Positions 47,304 through 57,295 of a stretch of 64,000 nt of DNA are shown one piece after another. Both the position numbers and the translations under genes were made by a program. Every line of letters begins with the position of its first letter. Positions within the stretch are counted from its first letter, which is position 1. The stretch is from Candidatus Bathyarchaeota archaeon. Its GTDB lineage: Archaea; Thermoproteota; Bathyarchaeia; Bathyarchaeales; Bathycorpusculaceae. Location of the stretch: contig CAWABA010000009.1 in assembly GCA_963780185.1 (NCBI GenBank), positions 160,001 through 224,000 on the forward strand, given 5' to 3'. The notes under the pieces are model-generated. The model was not told where the DNA came from. It saw only the letters and a program-made list of their open reading frames with translations, and searched no databases.

Positions 47304-48218
47304 TCAGGGTCGGGTTGTTGAATCTTGGATTTGACCCTTCATAAACCCCAGGGTCCAAGCGGTCAGTTTCAATCCGAAGTGAAGAGGCAGCAGAAACACG
47401 CTTTTCTTATACAGCAACTTGTAGGCCTGAAGTGAATACAGCGCGCCCGCAACTAGCCCCGCTAGAGGAGTCATGCGAGGAATCGAAAACGCCTCCCCAG
47501 TCGTGCTCACCGTCCGTTGGCATCCGTAACCGTACCAGAAATACTTCTTCCACAAATCCTTAGGCTTCGACAATCCGCCATGCAACTCATAGAGTTCCGT
47601 CATATTGGGTTTTATTTGCCAGCCTGCCCTCTTGATTCTTAAAACCAGGTCGGTGTCTTCGCTTGAACCCTGGATTTTTTCGTCAAAACCGTTCACCTGC
47701 CTTAAAGCTGTGACTCGAAAGGCTGTGCCTCCGGTTCCTACGAGCTTGGCAGTTTTCCACAGGAAACTTCTGGGGTTCAGGTAGTTTCGTTGGTTAACGA
47801 TGTGAGGGATGACTTCAAGGTTAAGCATCAAGTTGCCAGGCACTGTTTTGAAAATTCCCGAGGTTATACCCACATGAGGGTTAGTCTCCATCACGTCGAC
47901 TTGCGCCGTAATGTAGCCACGTGTCAAAACCTCATCGGCATCCACGAAAAGCACGTATTCGCCGTCAGCGTTGTTCACGATTAGGTTTCTTGCGTGTCCC
48001 AACCCTTGACCAGTGGTTCTGAGGGCTTTTGCGTTGGATCCAAACTGGGAAACGTAATCGGCAATGATTTGGGGCGTCCTGTCGTGGCTTCCGTCGTCAA
48101 CAAAAATGAGTTGTAAACTTTCAACGGGATAATCTTGGTTGATGACGCTTTTCACGGCGTTTTGAAGCATACCTTCACCGTTGCGAACGCAGAAACCAAC
48201 GGTGACAAGAGGCTTCAT
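47304..48218 (-). CDS. Glycosyltransferase family 2
   Basis: VDDGSHDRT, ARN, FVDAD and GFDE...SEDTDL. Confidence 0.9.
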   Translation of the reverse strand: MKPLVTVGFCVRNGEGMLQNAVKSVINQDYPVESLQLIFVDDGSHDRTPQIIADYVSQFGSNAKALRTTGQGLGHARNLIVNNADGEYVLFVDADEVLTRGYITAQVDVMETNPHVGITSGIFKTVPGNLMLNLEVIPHIVNQRNYLNPRSFLWKTAKLVGTGGTAFRVTALRQVNGFDEKIQGSSEDTDLVLRIKRAGWQIKPNMTELYELHGGLSKPKDLWKKYFWYGYGCQRTVSTTGEAFSIPRMTPLAGLVAGALYSLQAYKLLYKKSVFLLPLHFGLKLTAWTLGFMKGQIQDSTTRP

Positions 48219-48272
48219 TGATAATCCTTCTACGCAAGTGCTTTGATTAAATCGCTTGGACGGAAGGCGTTG

Positions 48273-48692
48273 TCATTTGAAGAATTTGACGGGTTTTGCT
48301 GGGACGCCGACTGCCAAGCAGTTTGATGGAATGTTTTTGGCGACTACTGCGCCTGCTCCGATGACGGAGTTTTCGCCGATGGTTACGCCGGGAAGGATTG
48401 TGACGTTAATGGATACACGAACACCGTTCTTGATTACAACTGGCCTAATTCTGCCTTCACCCGCCTTGTAACCCTTCAAAACATTCGAATGAGACAGAAT
48501 GTAGTCATAGCCAGCTAAGATTACGTCGTCGCCGATTGTGATATTGGAAAACATAACGTCTAGGAAAATGTGGCTTCCGAACAAGGTACGTTGCCCAATT
48601 TTGATTCCGGCGCTTCGATACATTTTTACCCTAAGGTTTTCCATCGGCGCGTACATGCCGAAGAAGCGCTTCAGCATCAAAAACACAGTCAT
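48273..48692 (-). CDS. Hexapeptide-repeat (LbH) acyltransferase
   Basis: ILPGVTIGENSVIGAGAVV...GVPAK. Confidence 0.9.
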   Translation of the reverse strand: MTVFLMLKRFFGMYAPMENLRVKMYRSAGIKIGQRTLFGSHIFLDVMFSNITIGDDVILAGYDYILSHSNVLKGYKAGEGRIRPVVIKNGVRVSINVTILPGVTIGENSVIGAGAVVAKNIPSNCLAVGVPAKPVKFFK

Positions 48693-48694
48693 GC

Positions 48695-49639
48695 CTAAAT
48701 CCCCGCGGAAAGGCTGCTTCGAAGTTGATGCCCATATCCTTTAATGTGTGCATTGCAGAAACCAGAGAGCCAAGCTATCCGTTTGAAAGTGTAGTGGATC
48801 GGCAACAAAAAGAAAGATTTTTTATGGGTAAGCAGAAAAGCTCCTGGTGAACGCAAAACTCCCGCGATGAAACCTGCCATAGGCGTCATTTTCAAAAGAC
48901 TAAGCATGTTTGGGTCCTTATGGTAGATGTAATGACCTCCGCGTCCATACCAAACATATTGGTTCCACAAGGAAAACCATGATGCCCTCGTAGACTCCGT
49001 AAACATTTCTTCAGTTACAGCCAAAGCCCATCCATGCGCCTTCACCCGGAAAGCCATCTCCGTATCTTCTGCTGCACCGTTTATTCGAGTATCAAAACCG
49101 CCAACTTGGCGAACCGAGTCAACCCTGTAAATTGCCCCTTCCGCACCTGGCAAATACCCAAACTTTGACGCTTCAGCTTTCTGCCCGAAAACCGAATCAA
49201 CGGCGTAAACGATGTTTTCCAAGTCGGCTACCAAGCCGTATCCAGTATTGACGTTGTATTTTCCTCCAGCAATTCCGACTTGAGGAGATTTTTCCATGAA
49301 GAGAACTTGGTTTTCCAAGTAATCAGACGGCAGAATCATGTCCGCATCGAGCCAAACAATGTATTTTCCGCTTGCCTTGTTGACCACAATTTGTCTTGCA
49401 ATTCCAAGTCCGCTGCTTTCACTGAAAATCTTCACCTTGAAAGCGACGCGTTGAAGACCGTTTCTGATTATTTCAAGAGTGGCATCTTTGCTGTTGCCGT
49501 CGACAACGATTACCTCAACGTTTTTGTGCGGGAAAGTCTGGTCAACCAAACTATTCACTGCTTTGGCTATCGTAGGCTGCGCGTTTTTCACGCATAGCCC
49601 CACGGTTACGGTTACAGGCTGTGACAGCAAAAGGCTCAC
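48695..49639 (-). CDS. Glycosyltransferase family 2
   Basis: VDGNSKDAT, WLDAD and GGFD...AEDTE. Paralogue of 47304..48218. Confidence 0.9.
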   Translation of the reverse strand: MSLLLSQPVTVTVGLCVKNAQPTIAKAVNSLVDQTFPHKNVEVIVVDGNSKDATLEIIRNGLQRVAFKVKIFSESSGLGIARQIVVNKASGKYIVWLDADMILPSDYLENQVLFMEKSPQVGIAGGKYNVNTGYGLVADLENIVYAVDSVFGQKAEASKFGYLPGAEGAIYRVDSVRQVGGFDTRINGAAEDTEMAFRVKAHGWALAVTEEMFTESTRASWFSLWNQYVWYGRGGHYIYHKDPNMLSLLKMTPMAGFIAGVLRSPGAFLLTHKKSFFLLPIHYTFKRIAWLSGFCNAHIKGYGHQLRSSLSAGI

Positions 49640-49655
49640 TCAAAAACTGTCAATT

Positions 49656-50825
49656 TTAGATTAGCTTTTTTTCTTTAAGCAGGGATTCGCTCAACACGAA
49701 TCTTGATTCCTGGATAGGCTTCCACAAATTGAATTTCCGATTTGTCAAATGCGAGCTTAGGGCGGCAAGCAGGATAAAATTGCTCTGGAAAACTTCAAGA
49801 AACGTTGTCCTCACCTTTCTGTCCAGTAATGCTGCAATAGTAATCAATGCGAGTGTTAACATGGGAAGCGGATAAAGAAACAAGGCAAAACCAGACAGCA
49901 CGAATAATGCGACCAGCAGCGTTGGATTAAAAATGTGCAGTAATATTTCTGGGATTGCGATGCGTTTTGGTATCGCTAACTTGCCGTGTACAAGTAAGTT
50001 TAGGCATCTGCCCCAAAGTTGTTGAAGCTGGCTCGCGCGCCTGATTTTTATGGCGATTTTGTTTCTCCAAATTGTGGGGCTGGTTGTGTAGAACCCGATT
50101 TCAGGAATTAAGATGGCACGTTTTCTTTTTTGAATGACATCTAACGCTGTGCCTGAATCGTCCGTTGAATCGTTGAATTCTTCAAGCATGCTTCGTTTGA
50201 ACGCGGCAAAACCGCCTTGGAAAAAAAGTGTTGAATGGAGCTTTGATTCGCCGACCCTCATTGTCTGGACTGTATCGTTATAAAATTGTTCACCAACTGT
50301 AACCCATGTATCTTTAGGGTTTAGAAGCAATTCACGTGCCGTTATTGCTCCGACGTCTGGGTCAGATAAGTAAACTAAAGCCTTCTGAAGTATGTCATGA
50401 GGCCAAAAGCAGTCGGCGTCGGAAATTATCACAACGTCAGCGCTGACGTTTCTCAGGGCGCAGTTGAGGCACCCAGTTTTTCCCAGATGTTCTTTGCTGT
50501 CAAATATGCTTATTTTTTGGGATGGATTATTCTTGATGTACTCGTTTACTTCTTTGAGAGTGTTGTCTTTTGACGAATCGTTAACTATTATTATTTCCAT
50601 TTTGTCTGATGGATAAGAGACTTTAGACAAGTTCTCCAATTTCAGAGGGATGGTTTTCTCTTCATTATAAACTGGCACAAAAATGGCTGTTGTAGGAACA
50701 TAGTCGGTTTTTTTATCCAAGTTCCAAACAGCCGCTGAACGCTTCTTCATGTACAAAAAGTAAAAGCCTGGGACCCCGAGAAAAAATAAAGCCACAAAAA
50801 ACCAAGCGAATAAAATAAAGTCCAT
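49656..50825 (-). CDS. Membrane-associated glycosyltransferase family 2 (strand mislabelled in the ORF track)
   Basis: The + strand reads ...AAAGTCCAT ending at 50825, so the minus strand reads ATGGACTTT (MDF), with the stop at 49656-49658. Motifs VPVYNEE, NDSSKDNT, SDAD and TDD, with N- and C-terminal TM helices. Confidence 0.92.
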   Translation of the reverse strand: MDFILFAWFFVALFFLGVPGFYFLYMKKRSAAVWNLDKKTDYVPTTAIFVPVYNEEKTIPLKLENLSKVSYPSDKMEIIIVNDSSKDNTLKEVNEYIKNNPSQKISIFDSKEHLGKTGCLNCALRNVSADVVIISDADCFWPHDILQKALVYLSDPDVGAITARELLLNPKDTWVTVGEQFYNDTVQTMRVGESKLHSTLFFQGGFAAFKRSMLEEFNDSTDDSGTALDVIQKRKRAILIPEIGFYTTSPTIWRNKIAIKIRRASQLQQLWGRCLNLLVHGKLAIPKRIAIPEILLHIFNPTLLVALFVLSGFALFLYPLPMLTLALITIAALLDRKVRTTFLEVFQSNFILLAALSSHLTNRKFNLWKPIQESRFVLSESLLKEKKLI

Positions 50826-50858
50826 TAAAATTCTCCAAAAAACTGTTAAAAAAAGAGG

Positions 50859-51090
50859 TTACGGCTCAAGAAAAGGTAGAAGAACGTCGCCTGACGCCTT
50901 CACAAAAAAAGTTAATCAGCTTCAACTGAAAATCCCAAGAAATCGAATGCAGCCGATGGCTATAATGAGGAAAAGTCTTTATCACATCGGCCATTTTAAC
51001 GCCGTCTTCAATAACCTTGATGTTTTCTGTTCCGCCAAGCTTTTCTTCGGCTGCCAGACTGAGGTATTGAACTTTTTTGGGTTGAAGCGC
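50859..51090 (-). pseudogene. C-terminal remnant of a DUF362-like gene
   Basis: Reads PKKVQYLSLAAEEKLGGTENIKVI...KTFP, then after a frameshift WDFQLKLINF...LLPFLEP*. This parallels the C-terminus of the DUF362 protein at 53979. Confidence 0.45.
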
Positions 51091-51138
51091 ATTAACGCCA
51101 AACTCAAAAAAAAGTGAATTTGCAGGTTAATTTCTAAA

Positions 51139-51903
51139 TTAGAATTTTATGCTTTCAAAAAGAATTCTCTTCATTATTCCCAAACCGTGTCTGAGCTTCA
51201 GCTTTTTCTCGCCCAGCCGAATTCGGTAATTAATCGGAATTTCCACAATTCGGTAACCGCTACGCCCGACAACAGCGTTCATTTCAGCCTCCACATCGAA
51301 GCCTTTGCTTTTGGGTTTCCACCCGTCAAGAAGTTCGCTTCGAACAATTCGCAGGCCAGACAGGGGATCATCAAGTTTAACACCGTTCAGCACCAGCTGG
51401 GCAAACGCCAACATTTTGTTGCCTAAATAAAACGGGTTCATCACCGATTTGCTGTTGTTTTGACCTTTGAATCTGTTGCCGATAACCATACCGACATCGG
51501 GGTTTTGCTCTAAAACCTCAACCATTCTCGGAACGTACTCAGCAGGATAAGTGTAATCTGCGTCGGTAAAAACGACGTAGGGTACTTTTGAGCGTAGATT
51601 TTGGAAGCCTTGAAACATTGCGTCCCCCTTGCCTTTCCCCCCTTGAAGCAAAACATCGGCGCCCATGTTTTTGGCTATTTCAATGGTTCTGTCCACGCTG
51701 TTGCCGTCCACGATGACCAAGTAGGGGTTGTCGAGTTGTTTCTGCAATTCTTCAATGGTGGGCCCTATTCCTTCTTCCTCGTTTAGCGTTGCAATAACCA
51801 CGGAAACGCTTGGCCGATGCTCTTTAGAAAGAGATGACTCAAAAGCAGTTTCTTCATGGATTGATGTAATAACCACTGAATCATTTAGTCGAATTTCGGT
51901 CAT
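51139..51903 (-). CDS. GT2, dolichol-phosphate glycosyltransferase (DPM1-like)
   Basis: TLNEEEGI, VDGNSVDRT, GKG.A, TDADYTYP, DPLSG, GFDVEAE and R.GEKKL. Confidence 0.9.
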   Translation of the reverse strand: MTEIRLNDSVVITSIHEETAFESSLSKEHRPSVSVVIATLNEEEGIGPTIEELQKQLDNPYLVIVDGNSVDRTIEIAKNMGADVLLQGGKGKGDAMFQGFQNLRSKVPYVVFTDADYTYPAEYVPRMVEVLEQNPDVGMVIGNRFKGQNNSKSVMNPFYLGNKMLAFAQLVLNGVKLDDPLSGLRIVRSELLDGWKPKSKGFDVEAEMNAVVGRSGYRIVEIPINYRIRLGEKKLKLRHGLGIMKRILFESIKF

Positions 51904-52095
51904 GAATAGACCTCCGAAAATTAAAAATAGCGTTATGAACTATGCAGAGAAAACAAACATTTAAAGTCGTAAGGACTAAAGCTACCGAACAATCAAATAA
52001 TGTTCTATAACTTTTCATCCAAAGTCAACACTGAGTGATTTTCAGGTATTCTAACAAAAAGTAACCGTTCAAGGAAGCTTTAACCTAGGCTGAAA

Positions 52096-52770
52096 TTACT
52101 TGTAGAAAAACTCTTTCTTTTCAAGATGCCCCTTAGTACTCACTACGACTCTTTTTTGGAAGGCTAAGTACAACTGGGTTTCGCTTCTGAATTTTTTAAC
52201 AGCCTGCTTCTTGATATCCAAGTATTCTGAAATGTCGACCACTCTTGTTCGATTAGTCAAAAAGCCGATTACTTTTTCTAATCGTGGTCCAACATGAGAC
52301 AGCATGTGGATTATAGAATATTGAAATGCGCAGTTTTCCAATCCGTGTTTCTGCAGGCTACGCATAATTATTCTGTTTGCGGCTCGGTGGTCAGGGTGAC
52401 CGTCGCGTTTTATGGGGAAATAAACTTCGTCGGGTAAATGACTCCCCAAGAAGGCAGATACTGCTTGCCCAACTTCTGCCTCATGCTCTGAAAGAGTGTA
52501 ATCCTCGAAATCGAAGAAAAACAGGTTGCTTTTTGGAACGCCCAGTGTGGAAACCGCTTCAGTCACTTCTTCCTTTCGAATCTGCTTTATTTCTTCCGGC
52601 GTAGGGTTGGTTGTCACGTTGAAGGTTTTTGAGAACGCGTGCCTGCCGTCAGTCAAAATGACAATGAAAACTCTGTAGCCTTCGGCCTTCCTTTTCGCAA
52701 TGGTTCCTCCACAGCCCAGAGTTTCGTCGTCTGGATGCGGAGCAAAAAAAATCGCTGTTTTCTGCTTCAT
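52096..52770 (-). CDS. PIG-L/LmbE family deacetylase
   Basis: APHPDDETLGCGG, R..E and HPDH. Confidence 0.92.
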   Translation of the reverse strand: MKQKTAIFFAPHPDDETLGCGGTIAKRKAEGYRVFIVILTDGRHAFSKTFNVTTNPTPEEIKQIRKEEVTEAVSTLGVPKSNLFFFDFEDYTLSEHEAEVGQAVSAFLGSHLPDEVYFPIKRDGHPDHRAANRIIMRSLQKHGLENCAFQYSIIHMLSHVGPRLEKVIGFLTNRTRVVDISEYLDIKKQAVKKFRSETQLYLAFQKRVVVSTKGHLEKKEFFYK

Positions 52771-52846
52771 AAAAAGGCTGTCCCTTACGCTTAGATACTA
52801 GAAAGCGAATTATCCTATTGGTCTTCAGGCTTGCTTCGAAAAATGT

Positions 52847-53971
52847 TCAGCCGCTTCGCTTCAGGGAAATCTTCAGTTTTGTAGCAATGTTCTCGACAGT
52901 TGGTCCCCAGGTGACCCAATCGTAGAGTTCGCTGGTTAATTTCTTGCGGACAAGTCTGACTTCGAAGTTTCGTCTAAATTTGTTGGTCCACTGCATCTTG
53001 TAGGGTTCGTCTCCCCGTGTCATGTCATATTCAGTGAACCCTTTTTCAATACATTGTTTCAAAAGAAACATAATCAGCAGGTTTCCAACGGAGTAGTCAG
53101 AGTATTTCGGGTCAAACCCCGCCAAGTAATAATACATTTTGTGACTGTATTCAAAGGTGTATTGTGCCGCGGCAGGTTCGCCGTCAACCATAAGGAAGTA
53201 AAGACCCAGCCAACCTTTTTTGGCAAAGGATTCCGCTACATCCATGTGAAAGTTTCTGAACTCATCCTCAATGAAGGCTCCGAGCTTTCCCTCTGAGTTC
53301 CACTTCATTTCATGCAACTTTATGAACAGATTCATCGCTTCTTTAACCGTGAAACCTGCATCATCAAACCTCTTCAGCTCCACGTTGTGGTCTCCCTCAA
53401 TTTTTCTGCTGTACCGATTCAGGTTTTGTCGAAGATTTCGGCTGAACCCTTTTTTCAGGCTTTCGTATTTTTTAGGCACTGAGATGTAGGGGCATAGGTT
53501 GCAGACGCGTTCTTTGAACTCCAGTTTTAGGGAAGTATCCGAAAATAGCTGTGAATAGTTGATGTTTTCTGGGATTTCTTTTAATTCAATCCAATCCCAA
53601 TCTTCGACTTCGTTAAGGTAGTCTGTAATGCATTTTACGCCCTCTTTTTCTTTTCTGGAAATGATAAAGTTGTTGTAGTCGGAGTGGCGTGTTCCCAGAA
53701 ACTCGATTTTGCGGATTGAACCGAAAGCAGGCATCTTGTATCGGGTCAGCATTAATGGGGCTATCCCCAGAATCTGGTTGTTTTCTTCAAGCTTTAGGAG
53801 AGAAAGTTTTCGTTGCCTGCCGAAATGCTTCCACCAAGTAGACAACCAATCCACGGTTAAGAAAACGTTGTTACCAAAACGGTTTTCCGCAAGAACCTGG
53901 TCCCAAACGTCTCGAACACTTTCGAAATCACGAACTTCAGTAACCCTCATTATTTTGCCCCAGCTAGACAC
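52847..53971 (-). CDS. GNAT-family acyltransferase (CelD/BcsL, FemAB-like fold)
   Basis: FLT.DWLSTWWKHF, GIAPL, DY, YYLAGFDP.Y..YSVG and DMTRGDEPYK. Confidence 0.88.
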   Translation of the reverse strand: MSSWGKIMRVTEVRDFESVRDVWDQVLAENRFGNNVFLTVDWLSTWWKHFGRQRKLSLLKLEENNQILGIAPLMLTRYKMPAFGSIRKIEFLGTRHSDYNNFIISRKEKEGVKCITDYLNEVEDWDWIELKEIPENINYSQLFSDTSLKLEFKERVCNLCPYISVPKKYESLKKGFSRNLRQNLNRYSRKIEGDHNVELKRFDDAGFTVKEAMNLFIKLHEMKWNSEGKLGAFIEDEFRNFHMDVAESFAKKGWLGLYFLMVDGEPAAAQYTFEYSHKMYYYLAGFDPKYSDYSVGNLLIMFLLKQCIEKGFTEYDMTRGDEPYKMQWTNKFRRNFEVRLVRKKLTSELYDWVTWGPTVENIATKLKISLKRSG

Positions 53972-53978
53972 TACAAAA

Positions 53979-54857
53979 TCAGCTTTCGTTGAACAATTTC
54001 AAGTAAATACCGACAGCTGTCGCACGCAAATTGTCTTTCAGCTTTCTGCTTGGAAATTGATTCTTGAAATATTCGAATTCGCCTATTGGTGAAAAACCGG
54101 AAGTCCCAAGTCCTTTTTTAACAGCCAAAGCAATCGCACCGATCGAATGCGGCGTCATCCCCAGCAGGGTTGCAACAGCACTGTCTGCCGCCACAGGGTC
54201 TTCACTTGACATCACCAAGTTCAATCGTTTTGTGTAGGTTCCGACTACGGTTAACCCGTCGAGAACAACAAGATGTGTCTTTATGTTTTCGTTTATTGCA
54301 ACTATGGCGTCGTCGATTACTTTGTGGTAAATGAACTTCTTCGGGTAACCGTTACATCCATAAAAGTTCTTAAGGGCACAACTAAGTTTGACGCTTTCCA
54401 TGTACTTCGGCTTAGGAACGTTCACAATCAGGTCGGCTTCAGAAAACAAATCAGGTATATGAAACTTGAATTCGCGGCCGCCAAACGACTGGGTGACGAT
54501 TCTACATTTTTCCTCGGCTAAGTTAACCAGCTCCACATTTTTTTCAGCAGCCAACTTGTCGTACCCAAGCATGCCGAACGCGTTTTTGCATTTCATAGCC
54601 GAAGCGTCCGACTCGACAACAACAATTTCTGAAACATCAAGGTTTTCCCTGAAAACGTCAATTAGGGCGCCTACAAACCGCGGGTCAGTTACTTCCCCTG
54701 TGGAAGGATGATAATAATAGCACATGTTGGGTTTAATGACGATTTTTCGGGCTTTTCTTTCAAAGTCAAACCGTATTAGGTCCAGCGATGCCTTGATGGC
54801 GTTTTTTAAAGGTTCAGGGTCGCAGTTTTCTGCACGAACAAAACTGACAAGACTCAA
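53979..54857 (-). CDS. DUF362-domain protein
   Basis: VIKPN, TDP, VVESD, NVPK.K, ALKN.YG and DPVAAD. Start moved to TTG 54857 because the track start overlaps the upstream gene. Confidence 0.85.
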   Translation of the reverse strand: MSLVSFVRAENCDPEPLKNAIKASLDLIRFDFERKARKIVIKPNMCYYYHPSTGEVTDPRFVGALIDVFRENLDVSEIVVVESDASAMKCKNAFGMLGYDKLAAEKNVELVNLAEEKCRIVTQSFGGREFKFHIPDLFSEADLIVNVPKPKYMESVKLSCALKNFYGCNGYPKKFIYHKVIDDAIVAINENIKTHLVVLDGLTVVGTYTKRLNLVMSSEDPVAADSAVATLLGMTPHSIGAIALAVKKGLGTSGFSPIGEFEYFKNQFPSRKLKDNLRATAVGIYLKLFNES

Positions 54858-54886
54858 AATGTCTTTTTCCCCTGTGCTTTTGTTTT

Positions 54887-55882
54887 TTATTCGACTGTCT
54901 GAGCGTTTTGGTAGGCTGAAAAAATAGCTTGCAATCCGCGGAGCCCTTCCTCTCCTGAAGGTTGCGGCTGCTCGTCTCTTTGTAGGCAGGTAACGAAATG
55001 CTGTATTTCCGCAAGTCTCGGGTCGCTTTTGCCTTGGCCAAATTTCTTGGCGATGCCGCTCCATACTATTTTGGAGGCGCTTGTGGGCGAGAGTTGAAGT
55101 GAGATGCTTTTGGCTGTACCGCAGAGTTGGACAGATTCAATGAAGCCTTTCGAAAACCAGCCAGCTTTCGCGACTGCAACGGTACCGTTTTTGAAATGAA
55201 GTATAGCGGTTGCCGCGTCTTCCAGGTCTGTTCTGAAGATGTGTTTTAGGTAGCTGCTTGCTGAAGCAACTTCGCCGAAGTACCAGATGAACAAGTCGAC
55301 AAGGTGCGAACCCAAATCCAGAAGGGCGCCTCCCCCGACAAGTTCCCTGTCAAGCCACCATGAAGGCACCTGAACAGGCCCCGCGCTGTCTCCTCTCGGA
55401 GAAAAAGGCCCGCCGCTAATGTTAGTCGCCTCAGCAATTTGCACGTCACCGAAAAAACCATCCGCCAACTGATCATGAATTTTGATGATAGTCGGTTCGA
55501 AACGCATGTCGTAACCAATCATTAATTTCACAGAGGCGTTCTTGGCTGCGGAAAGAATCCTCTCGCCTTCCCCGACGGTCCGAGCTAAGGGTTTTTCCAA
55601 AAGAATATGTTTCCCATACTCCGCTGACTTCACGGCGGCTTCTTCATGAAGAAAATTAGGCAGGCTAATAACGACACCGTCGATGTTGGGGTCTTTAAGG
55701 AGATCTTCGTATTTTTCATAGGTGTTTTTGACGCCCATGTCTTTCGCTGCGTTTCTTGCCTTCGGAGATAAGTCTGCTGCGGCTTCAACTTTAGTTTCTT
55801 TCAGTCTTAAGCAGTTCTGCAACATTAATTTGCCTTCGTTGCCAAGGCCTATGACCCCTAAATTGATCTGCTTCACAAACAT
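54887..55882 (-). CDS. Gfo/Idh/MocA-family NAD(P)-dependent oxidoreductase
   Basis: GVIGLG, LPNFLH, LEKPLA and GGGALLDLGSH. Confidence 0.93.
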   Translation of the reverse strand: MFVKQINLGVIGLGNEGKLMLQNCLRLKETKVEAAADLSPKARNAAKDMGVKNTYEKYEDLLKDPNIDGVVISLPNFLHEEAAVKSAEYGKHILLEKPLARTVGEGERILSAAKNASVKLMIGYDMRFEPTIIKIHDQLADGFFGDVQIAEATNISGGPFSPRGDSAGPVQVPSWWLDRELVGGGALLDLGSHLVDLFIWYFGEVASASSYLKHIFRTDLEDAATAILHFKNGTVAVAKAGWFSKGFIESVQLCGTAKSISLQLSPTSASKIVWSGIAKKFGQGKSDPRLAEIQHFVTCLQRDEQPQPSGEEGLRGLQAIFSAYQNAQTVE

Positions 55883-56002
55883 AACCTCAAAAAAAGTTGT
55901 TGTTTAACTCAAAGATTTAGAATTAAATTAACTTTTCCCAGATTTGATTACAAAGAGACAACAAATCAGATTTTTGACGTTGCATCCCGCGAAAAATATT
56001 GA

Positions 56003-57295
56003 TCAAAAACTTACGCGGGGGGGACTCCATGCGCGGCTTTTATCTTTTAGGAACCTTATCAGCCCTAAGGGCGATAATGCCGTGCTAAAGAAGAAAGGCA
56101 AAGGATCCTTCACTTCAAAAAAGTCGTAAAACAAACCTGGTTCATAAAACTTAAGCCAATCCGCAAACAACTTCAAATCGCGACGCCATGCAGAGGAGTT
56201 CGCTGGGACATCCTTGATTAAACTCGCCAAATAAAGGATTTCCTGCTCCAAATATCTGCCTTTGACACCGACTTTATAGTTGAATGTTCCTTTGGTGTCT
56301 CCGTCCATCGTTATCTTGTATAGAAGGTACGGGAAATCCACGCCGGCTTTGATGGCGACACAAAGTGAACCCCAGAACCGCGGATTTATCTCCATTAACT
56401 TAGGGGTGTTGTCGCGGGGGTCAAGCTTAAACTCGACTTCGGCAATTCCATGCCAATTCAAAGCTTCAAGCAGCTTTTCAGCGTATTTCTTCATACGAGG
56501 GTCAAGAGGAGCGCTTTCGCGGAAGCAGCTATTGCCTCCATTGCGAGGCCATGCCCTCTGAACTTTTATGCTGCAAAACGCTCTGGGCTTTCCTTTATTG
56601 TACACCGTGGCAATCGAGTAGTTTACTCCCGGAACATATTCTTGAATTAGCGGATACGGAAAATACTGGTGTATACTGTTGTATGTTGCGATAAGCTCAG
56701 AAGGTGAATTAACGAATCCGCCTCTTCTGTCAAAAGCACGGTCTTTTTGCCAAACCATCGACCAACGAGGCTTAACAACGCAGGGATACGTCATTTCTTC
56801 AGCTGCAAGTTTCAGTTCCGAAGTGTCTTTCACTTGACGTGTAAGCGGGACAGGTACATCTTGTTCTTCAGCCAACTTGAGGGTCGAACGTTTATCGAAA
56901 CATGCAAGAATTGATTCGTGACTGGCTAGGGGCAGTTTTACCCGAGGTGCAATTTTGTCTCTGTTTTTGGAAATCGGCATCAAAGACCATTCGGAAAGTG
57001 GGAAAAGCATGTCAAACTTTACTTTTCTAACAATTTTTTCCACTGCTTGGACGTATTCATTTTCAAGACTAGTGGAGGGAACTAAAAACTGTTTTTTGCA
57101 GTATTTGGAGAAACGGGAGGTATACACGCTAAAACTCGTGAGAACAGCTGTGTTCACAGCCTTTTTTCCCAGAGACCTAATAACTGGGAGGCACGTCGGG
57201 ACGTAACCTTCAGCAATCAAAACGCCGCTGCTTGTCAGAATCTTGACCCCGCCGATTTTTGGATTAGATAGACATCGAATCTTCTTAAGATTCAT
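56003..57295 (-). CDS. ATP-grasp carboxylate-amine ligase
   Basis: IRSLG, DK, YPCVVKP, IQEYVPG, EVEFK and LMEINPRFWGS...AGVDFP. ATG at 57295 overlaps the upstream stop. Confidence 0.88.
   Translation of the reverse strand: MNLKKIRCLSNPKIGGVKILTSSGVLIAEGYVPTCLPVIRSLGKKAVNTAVLTSFSVYTSRFSKYCKKQFLVPSTSLENEYVQAVEKIVRKVKFDMLFPLSEWSLMPISKNRDKIAPRVKLPLASHESILACFDKRSTLKLAEEQDVPVPLTRQVKDTSELKLAAEEMTYPCVVKPRWSMVWQKDRAFDRRGGFVNSPSELIATYNSIHQYFPYPLIQEYVPGVNYSIATVYNKGKPRAFCSIKVQRAWPRNGGNSCFRESAPLDPRMKKYAEKLLEALNWHGIAEVEFKLDPRDNTPKLMEINPRFWGSLCVAIKAGVDFPYLLYKITMDGDTKGTFNYKVGVKGRYLEQEILYLASLIKDVPANSSAWRRDLKLFADWLKFYEPGLFYDFFEVKDPLPFFFSTALSPLGLIRFLKDKSRAWSPPRVSF

Noticed and set aside
49656-50825. ORF track lists this GT2 on the + strand
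   Set aside because: The given protein is encoded by the reverse complement (CAT ending at 50825, TTA at 49656). It is co-oriented with the cluster, so it is not an inversion.
54858-55064. N-terminal extension of the DUF362 ORF
   Set aside because: It overlaps the oxidoreductase gene in another frame. The domain begins at LSLVSFVR.
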